In this document: positions 33,032-39,119 of the stretch, piece by piece | How positions within the stretch are numbered: position 1 is the first letter of the stretch | How the letters are laid out: the number at the start of each line of letters is the position of its first letter | Assembly: GCA_000004985.1 (NCBI GenBank) | Contig: GG738944.1 | Strand: one strand, 5' to 3' | Source of the DNA: Naegleria gruberi | Lineage: Eukaryota | Length of the DNA stretch: 39,119 nucleotides | Translations under genes and position numbers: made by a program | The notes under the pieces: generated by a model | What the model saw: the letters and a program-made list of their open reading frames with translations, nothing else | Told to the model about the DNA's origin: nothing | Database searches by the model: none

Positions 33032-33169
33032 TAATTCACGTAATGAAAAATCTACACTTTCTTATCATAATAAGTAGTTTTCTCTTTTTCACTGACATAT
33101 TGAACATAAATGCTGGAAGATTTGATAATCAATGTAGTTAAATGTTTCATTTGATGAATTTCCTTCTTG

Positions 33170-33751
33170 TTAAAGTAATTTAGATTTAGAGAATAAAACA
33201 TTCAAAACGAAGGAGCAAGTGTTAATATGTTCAATTGTCTTTTCCAATGTTTTATCTTCCAAACTGGTGATCCATCTTAAACCAATTGTAGAAATTACCT
33301 TTGAAAATCTACAAACTACAGCATATAATAGTAACAACTGTTCATACAATAAGAAATCTCTAAACAATTCTACAACTTGACCTGTTTTTTGAATTTCATT
33401 CACTAATTGTTCAATATTCTGTTTAAAGTCTTTAACAACATTTACAGAAGTAAATTGTAAAGTAATAATTCTATTAAGCATATCATCAATAAAGGCTACG
33501 AAAGAATCAGAGTTTCTCCATTCTGTATTAATATTATCAGCTTTGGTTGAATCTTTTCCATCATCTTGTGATGAATCTTTGATACCAATAAGAACAGACC
33601 CATTAAAGAATGTGTTGTCATAAACACTTGTACATGGAGCTAATTTTTCAGACAAATCACTTAATTCTCTCTTTTCATTGTACATTACAACATTAGATTC
33701 ATCAAATGCAATATTTTTCAAATCAATAATAATAGCTCTATTACAGCTCAT
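33170..33751 (-). CDS. hypothetical 193-aa protein, convergent with giant gene; unknown function
   Basis: ATG at 33749-33751 preceded by in-frame TAG; TAA at 33170-33172; MSCNRAIIIDLKNIAFDESNVVMYNEKRELSDLSEKLAP... with acidic/Ser-rich middle and hydrophobic C-terminal third; A/T-biased codons typical of host. Confidence 0.55.
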   Translation of the reverse strand: MSCNRAIIIDLKNIAFDESNVVMYNEKRELSDLSEKLAPCTSVYDNTFFNGSVLIGIKDSSQDDGKDSTKADNINTEWRNSDSFVAFIDDMLNRIITLQFTSVNVVKDFKQNIEQLVNEIQKTGQVVELFRDFLLYEQLLLLYAVVCRFSKVISTIGLRWITSLEDKTLEKTIEHINTCSFVLNVLFSKSKLL

Positions 33752-33820
33752 TAAATTATATCCAATAAACTCCTAAAACCAATCCTAAACCCCTCTGCAC
33801 TTCCAGATGCCAATAGCACA

Positions 33821-33861
33821 GATATATATATTATATTACCATGTTTGGGTTATTGAGGTAA
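33821..33861 (+). repeat. dispersed repeat copy A (41 nt: gatatatatattatattaccatgtttgggttattgaggtaa)
   Basis: Identical to 34989-35029 apart from its first 1-2 bases; preceded by GC-richer sequence. Confidence 0.7.
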
Positions 33862-34664
33862 TGAGTTTATGTTTGAAAGAGAAATTGATTAATGGTAAGA
33901 TAATTTTCATCAAATGTTGAAGTGAAGGTCAAACATCACTTTTAATGCTAAAATGTCAAAAATGATATGGATATTGATAGAATGACAACATATTTTCCTT
34001 ACAGAAGATGATATTCAATAGAATTATATTGTTATCTTTGCAATGAATTGTTTGGGTTGTAAAAACTAGAAACAACATAGTTAGTTTCCTTGTAAAACTT
34101 CCATTCTTGATTCTATTATGTTGTGGTATGACATGATTCCTTCTTCAGTACCACGTATGCTTTGCATGAGATGAACAAATATCATCACGCAACTCGAATA
34201 AATAAGTCATTTTTGGTTTAAATTGATAATCATAGGAAGACAACTTTCTAATATTAAACGATCATTATGCTCGTCACAAAACTGGCATTCCAATAGTGAA
34301 GTCAGATTATGCAACCGAGAAGTATTTATCGAAAATGTAATATTTTATTGTTTCTTGTTTAATACTTTTTGGTTCAAACGAAACATCTTTTCCAATACGA
34401 AATCAAAAATTCCAAATCCACCAACCTGCATACAACAAAGATAAAATCACTATGCCACAAAGTGCCTGAGCATGTAATTTTGGGAAAACTTCTTCACCAG
34501 TTGTCATTTTTTTATGATGAATGCCAATTTAAATATTAAATATATTAAAAAGATATTTTTAAACAATACACTCATTCTGTTAAAGTTCAATTTCTATTGA
34601 CGTGTACGAACCATACGTACTTTCCTTTAAGGGTTCCTATTTTATACTTTAGATGACTTTATAC

Positions 34665-34735
34665 ACTTTGAAAATTCAGTAGGGTTTATTGAGCGATCTA
34701 AGGATTTTGAATATATATATTATATTACCATGTTT
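34665..34735 (+). repeat. dispersed repeat copy B (71 nt, shares left part with copy C)
   Basis: actttgaaaattcagtagggtttattgagcgatctaaggattttgaatatatatattatattaccatgttt matches 34944-35014 with about 4 mismatches. Confidence 0.7.
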
Positions 34736-34943
34736 AGAACATTAAGAATATAAAATGTAGATAAATATATTATCATCATATTGACCAAGTTTCGGATATT
34801 GAAAATGTATGCTTAATGAGATATTAATTAAATATTAATTATTTGATGATGATTAATTGGGACTGACAGGTCCTAATATAGTATCTATGACGAGTTTAAG
34901 TCCTCGCTTGATTTCCGCCGTGGCCAAAAAAAATTAAAAATAG

Positions 34944-35029
34944 ACTTTGAAAATTCAGTAGGGTTCATTGAGCAATCTAAGGATTTTCGATATATATATT
35001 ATATTACCATGTTTGGGTTATTGAGGTAA
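34944..35029 (+). repeat. dispersed repeat copy C (86 nt, longest copy: left arm as in B plus right arm as in A)
   Basis: actttgaaaattcagtagggttcattgagcaatctaaggattttcgatatatatattatattaccatgtttgggttattgaggtaa. Confidence 0.7.
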
Positions 35030-35923
35030 CTACCAAAGAAATAACATTGTATAATTATATATCGTAAAACGATCCATCCCTTCTAACGGTACGACCACCA
35101 TATAGTAGACCTATGGTTTTCCCAACCCGCCAACAGCTTTTGAATCTGCCGCCATCAAAAACCGTTACATCCATAAACGATTTGATGAGAAAAAAAACTC
35201 ATCACACCAGCACTCATCATCTTTTATTGTTTGACTGCACCATGTAATGGCACTCCATCCTTCAGATGTAGTTCTTATCATTCTTTTGCCAGTTTCTTGG
35301 TCAAGGTGTTCCTACTAATGTTTTATTGCTTTCGTTCCTTTTGGTTTTTTTCAACAACCAACCAAGAGGGTAAAGCTTCATGTTTGAAGTAGATACACCC
35401 CTTACATTTACATCCAGTGATGAATTTGGTGGTTTTTGTGGTTTGGAAGCACACTTCGGGTGGTAAATCTTCTATTTACTTCTCCTCCACAGTTTTTTAC
35501 CAACAACTAAAACTACCCAAAATAAAATGTTTTTCTCTCGATATTACTTCAACTTTTCTTGCCTATCATTCTTGAAAGATGCTGTTCCGAGAGCAACAAC
35601 CAGTATGTTGTTCTTCCCTGTCAAGTTTCAAGCGGAACGACATCGAAAAATTCACCAACCCATTCCTGCTTTATAAAACTGAAATTAATTTGGAAAATAA
35701 ATAATTTTCTTTTCTGTTTTTTTTAATTCTATAGCACAGAATAATCTTCACTTCTCAGAACAAGATGAATTTTTGAAGTCAAGCTATATTATTCTAACAA
35801 GAACAAGTGATTGTACAAAGTTGTAAGCTCATTACGTTTCAGTTACTATTTTAAGAGTTTGAAATTTGACATTTTCACTTCAGTTCATTAAAAAAAATTG
35901 TCACCCACTACCTACTCACAACC

Positions 35924-36205
35924 ATGTCCATCACCACTAACAGCAGCAGCACTACTTCATTCACAACCATCATCACATCAATTTTATTTCTAATAATATT
36001 ATTAATTCAACCAATTTATTCAATTGAATGTTACATGACACTATCTGATACAGTAATAATAACACAAATAACCAATTCAACAGATGGTACAGAATTAGTA
36101 TGTATTAGATATTCATTTAAATGTACAAGTGGTGATACATATTGTAATGCAATGGAAGTAGCTAAAGGTACATATAAAATAGCCTATTCAGTTACATCCT
36201 ATGAT
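35924..36205 (+). CDS. 5' exon of secreted/type-I membrane protein (signal peptide plus Cys-containing domain), interrupted by gap
   Basis: ATG 35924; MSITTNSSSTTSFTTIITSILFLIILLIQPIYS|IECYMTLSDTV... has a hydrophobic signal/anchor then Cys-rich region (CIRYSFKCTSGDTYCNAMEV); may be the same gene as the NHL exon at 37491-37769. Confidence 0.5.
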
Positions 36206-36589
36206 NNNNNNNNNNNNNNNNNNNNNNNNNNNNNNNNNNNNNNNNNNNNNNNNNNNNNNNNNNNNNNNNNNNNNNNNNNNNNNNNNNNNNNNNNNNNNNN
36301 NNNNNNNNNNNNNNNNNNNNNNNNNNNNNNNNNNNNNNNNNNNNNNNNNNNNNNNNNNNNNNNNNNNNNNNNNNNNNNNNNNNNNNNNNNNNNNNNNNNN
36401 NNNNNNNNNNNNNNNNNNNNNNNNNNNNNNNNNNNNNNNNNNNNNNNNNNNNNNNNNNNNNNNNNNNNNNNNNNNNNNNNNNNNNNNNNNNNNNNNNNNN
36501 NNNNNNNNNNNNNNNNNNNNNNNNNNNNNNNNNNNNNNNNNNNNNNNNNNNNNNNNNNNNNNNNNNNNNNNNNNNNNNNNNNNNNNNNN
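36206..36589. other. assembly gap (N run, 384 nt)
   Basis: continuous n characters; interrupts CDS starting 35924. Confidence 1.
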
Positions 36590-37490
36590 AAACTTTTCTT
36601 CTCTTACCAGTTCCTAAAGATACAAAGATCTGCCCATATCTTCTTTAAAGTACGTACTTTTCAATAATTTTAGTTTCGTACCAACTCTTAACAGTTGGCG
36701 AATTTGCGCTTTATAATATTATGCTTACTTGTGTATCTCCAATGAATATCCTGCCTTGAATGAAATAGAGTTCATTAATTTGCTTTCCAGTTTTGTTCTA
36801 TATTAGATATTTTGCGTAACTGATACGTGTAGTTTTAATATTGACCTCCATTGAATAATAGTGTTTGCAAATAACAAGAATATCAATAACCACTAGTTTC
36901 CACTACAAATTGTATAAATGCACTATACTAATTCTCAGGTATTTATTTTCTGGTATAGTGTAAGTTGCCATTTTTAGCTGCGATTAAAGTAAAGGGAGCA
37001 TTGTCAACTGTATTTAAAAATGTTTGACTTGCTAACTGATATTACATTACAGCTACATGAAACAAGTTCCTTGTTGTTTGGATGGATTGTAATATATATT
37101 TTTATCATGATGCTAATCTTTTGATTTCACTCGTATCAACTTCCTCTGGAACCTAAATCATGTTACGTAACAAAAAATGAATGAGTACAATAACTTAAAG
37201 AAAATACAACCGTTGGGTTATAAATAGTGATAACCGAAACTTGTTGGCATTGAAAAGAACGTGCTTGTTCTGAGACTTACAGTGAGTATCTAAAGTTTCT
37301 GAAGTAATTTTGTTGCTGCATCTGTATTCCAAGAGGACCATTCTGGTTGAAGATGAAGTTGTAAAAGGTTTGGAATTTATTAAATCATGGAAAGGTTGGA
37401 ATTGTTTGATCTAACTTAAGCTTCCAATCTCACATTATTGTTAAGACAAACTCTACAACATTGAAAGTGCAATACGTTCCATTATTACAG

Positions 37491-37769
37491 TCACATAAGG
37501 TGAGAGAGGTATTGTTCCAGTTTGTATCAAAGAATGGATTATTGCTGATTATCAATCAAAATAACAGAATTAGAAAAATATTGGAAAATGGAAATATTGT
37601 AACAATAGCAGGAAATGGACAACAAGGATATAATGGTGATGATATAGCAACAAATGCACCACTCTTTGATCCATCAAGCGTTTTTGTTACGCCAAATGAT
37701 GAAGTTTATATTGCTGATACTGGTAATCACAGAATTAGAAAAATACCTAAAGCTACATGCAATAATTAG
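37491..37769 (+). CDS. terminal exon encoding NHL repeats (six-bladed beta-propeller type); upstream exons unresolved
   Basis: ...NRIRKILENGNIVTIAGNGQQGYNGDDIATNAPLFDPSSVFVTPNDEVYIADTGNHRIRKI... contains two NHL signatures (YIADTGNHRIRKI; NQNNRIRKI). Candidate acceptor cattattacag at 37481-37490; frame open from 37410; TAG at 37767-37769. Confidence 0.55.
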   Translation, partial: SHKVREVLFQFVSKNGLLLIINQNNRIRKILENGNIVTIAGNGQQGYNGDDIATNAPLFDPSSVFVTPNDEVYIADTGNHRIRKIPKATCNN

Positions 37770-37794
37770 AAAGTGATACAATAAATTGAAAAGT

Positions 37795-38823
37795 TTATTT
37801 AATTTTTAATTTTTGTTTAAATTGTGTAATTAATCCAAATCCATGACCACTAAATGGATTTAAATAATTACATAAATGTTTTAAATTATTTAATTTTTTA
37901 ATATAATCAATACAATCATCATTTAATGAATTATTTGAAATATCCAAATTTGTTAAATTATTTAATAAAGAAATATAATTCATTGATTCATTTGTTAAAG
38001 TATTTTTTGTAATTGAAAGTAATTTTAATTGTTTCATTAAACTTAAACTTTTAATACCTTCCAAATTTAAATTACAATTATCAATACCTAATATAGTAAT
38101 TGATTTAATATTAGAAATTAAATAAATTCCTTTATCTTTAATTGAATTATGTGAAATATATAAAGATTTTAATTTTTGTAATAAATTTAAAAATTCTAAA
38201 CCATATTCATCAATTAAATTACATGAAATATTTAAAATTTCTAAATTTTTTAAATTTTTACAAATTAAAATAAAATTATCATTATTTAAATTAGTTGAAT
38301 CTAAATATAAACAATTTAAATTTTTTAAATTTAAAATATTTAATAAATTATTTAAATTACAATAAGATAATTTTAAATTTTCTAAATTTACATTTAAATT
38401 ATTTAATTCATTAATATTTTCATTAAAAGATAAATCTAAATAAGTTAAATTATTTAATTTAGAAATATCAATTAAAGAATTATTATTTAAATTATTTGAA
38501 GATAAATCTAAATAATTTAATTTTTTAAATATATTTAAATTTTCTAAATTATTTAAATTATTTCCACTTGCACTTAATTTTTTTAAATAAATAAAAGTAT
38601 TAAAATTATTTATAGAATCACTTCCTAATCCATTTATATCTAAATATGTTAATTGTGATAAATATGATATATTTTTAATATTATTTGATAATTTAATTAA
38701 TTTTTTAGAATCATATAAAGGTAATCTCATTGTATATTCATATCTTGTTGTACATATTTTATAAAATTGTTTAGAAATTAAAAAAAATTTTAAAATTAAA
38801 TCTTTAAAATTAAAAAAATTCAT
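37795..38823 (-). CDS. F-box/leucine-rich-repeat protein; ATG at 38821-38823 but frame stays open (N/T/D-rich) up to 39015 without ATG, so an upstream exon is likely
   Basis: DDILYEIMNFFNFKDLILKFFLISKQFYKI fits F-box consensus (LxxEILxxIFxxLxxxDLxxxxxV) and straddles the first ATG; at least 12 LRRs (LxxLxxLxxLDLSxNxL); TAA at 37795-37797. Confidence 0.7.
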   Translation of the reverse strand: MNFFNFKDLILKFFLISKQFYKICTTRYEYTMRLPLYDSKKLIKLSNNIKNISYLSQLTYLDINGLGSDSINNFNTFIYLKKLSASGNNLNNLENLNIFKKLNYLDLSSNNLNNNSLIDISKLNNLTYLDLSFNENINELNNLNVNLENLKLSYCNLNNLLNILNLKNLNCLYLDSTNLNNDNFILICKNLKNLEILNISCNLIDEYGLEFLNLLQKLKSLYISHNSIKDKGIYLISNIKSITILGIDNCNLNLEGIKSLSLMKQLKLLSITKNTLTNESMNYISLLNNLTNLDISNNSLNDDCIDYIKKLNNLKHLCNYLNPFSGHGFGLITQFKQKLKIK

Positions 38824-39119
38824 AATTTCATATAAAATATCATCATTTAATATTTCATTATATTCTTTATTTAAATAATATAAATTATTATTTGTATTAT
38901 CAGTATTATTATCAGTATTATTAGTATTATTATCAGTATTATTATTTGTATTTATATTATTATTAGTATGATCAGTATTATTATTTTGATCATATTCTTG
39001 TTGATCATTTGATCTTTATAGATTTAAAGGAACCAATGTATAATATAAATATAAATAAAAGATTAAAATTACACATGAATAAAAAACTCCTCACCTTTTA
39101 AATGCGTCATACACCCACA

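Noticed and set aside
34861-35110. Possible tRNA gene near the dispersed repeats (GC-rich stretch gtcctcgcttgatttccgccgtggcc)
   Set aside because: No acceptor stem/T-loop (GGTTCGAATCC-like) pattern or cloverleaf pairing could be found by eye; would need tRNAscan-SE.
1-39119. Bacterial contamination or endosymbiont origin for the FHA-like gene
   Set aside because: Gene has host-like 20-25% GC and A/T third-position bias, is flanked within 150 bp by intron-containing host-type genes, and the contig carries spliceosomal introns elsewhere; an ameliorated ancient HGT remains possible but not contamination.

Overview
The window is AT-rich (about 75-78% A+T overall), low-complexity eukaryotic nuclear DNA with seven assembly gaps (N runs). 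It has short AT-rich GTAAGT/GTATGT introns, N/Q/T/P-rich homopolymeric coding tracts and codons strongly preferring A/T in the third position. That is the signature of a dictyostelid social amoeba (Dictyostelium-like) draft genome. No rRNA, tRNA or CRISPR features were found. Several 'M' starts in the supplied ORF track are actually TTG/GTG codons, so I re-derived true ATGs where possible.

Supported content, in order:
- A five-exon V-ATPase 16-kDa proteolipid (subunit c) gene.
- An atypical Hsp70-superfamily gene (minus strand, 5' end lost in a gap).
- A P/T/N/H-rich low-complexity gene.
- A roughly 3.5 kb GC-enriched, stop-riddled block with pseudogene remnants, including an RGS-domain-like fragment and ORFs with non-host codon usage.
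- A signal-peptide plus tenascin-type EGF-repeat surface protein with a C-terminal hydrophobic (GPI-like) tail.
- An RI-type LRR plus coiled-coil gene and a large (>1250 aa) helical-protein gene, both on the minus strand and separated only by a gap. These may be one gene.
- A 150-bp divergent promoter.
- A giant plus-strand gene (ATG 21381 to at least 32630, more than 3,700 codons). It encodes an almost pure beta-helical repeat protein: about 85 tandem 19-residue repeats, followed by segments whose repeat grammar and boundary motifs match, from recollection and with no search run, bacterial FhaB/CdiA-type filamentous-haemagglutinin proteins (FHA-1-like 20-21-residue repeats, an FHA-2/haemagglutinin-repeat-like segment with 'RSGFLW' and 'SYSWFGLNSSSRSGY' motifs), then a 650-aa non-repetitive charged C-terminal domain. 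This is the most unusual element: a candidate eukaryotic FhaB/CdiA-like filament, polymorphic-toxin-like or adhesin system. It is interrupted by a local double frameshift near 24.85 kb.
- Downstream, a convergent small gene.
- A 2-kb repeat/TE-remnant zone with three copies of a short dispersed repeat.
- A secreted NHL-repeat protein gene split by a gap.
- An F-box/LRR gene.

All homology statements come from reading the translations against remembered family motifs. No database search was possible.
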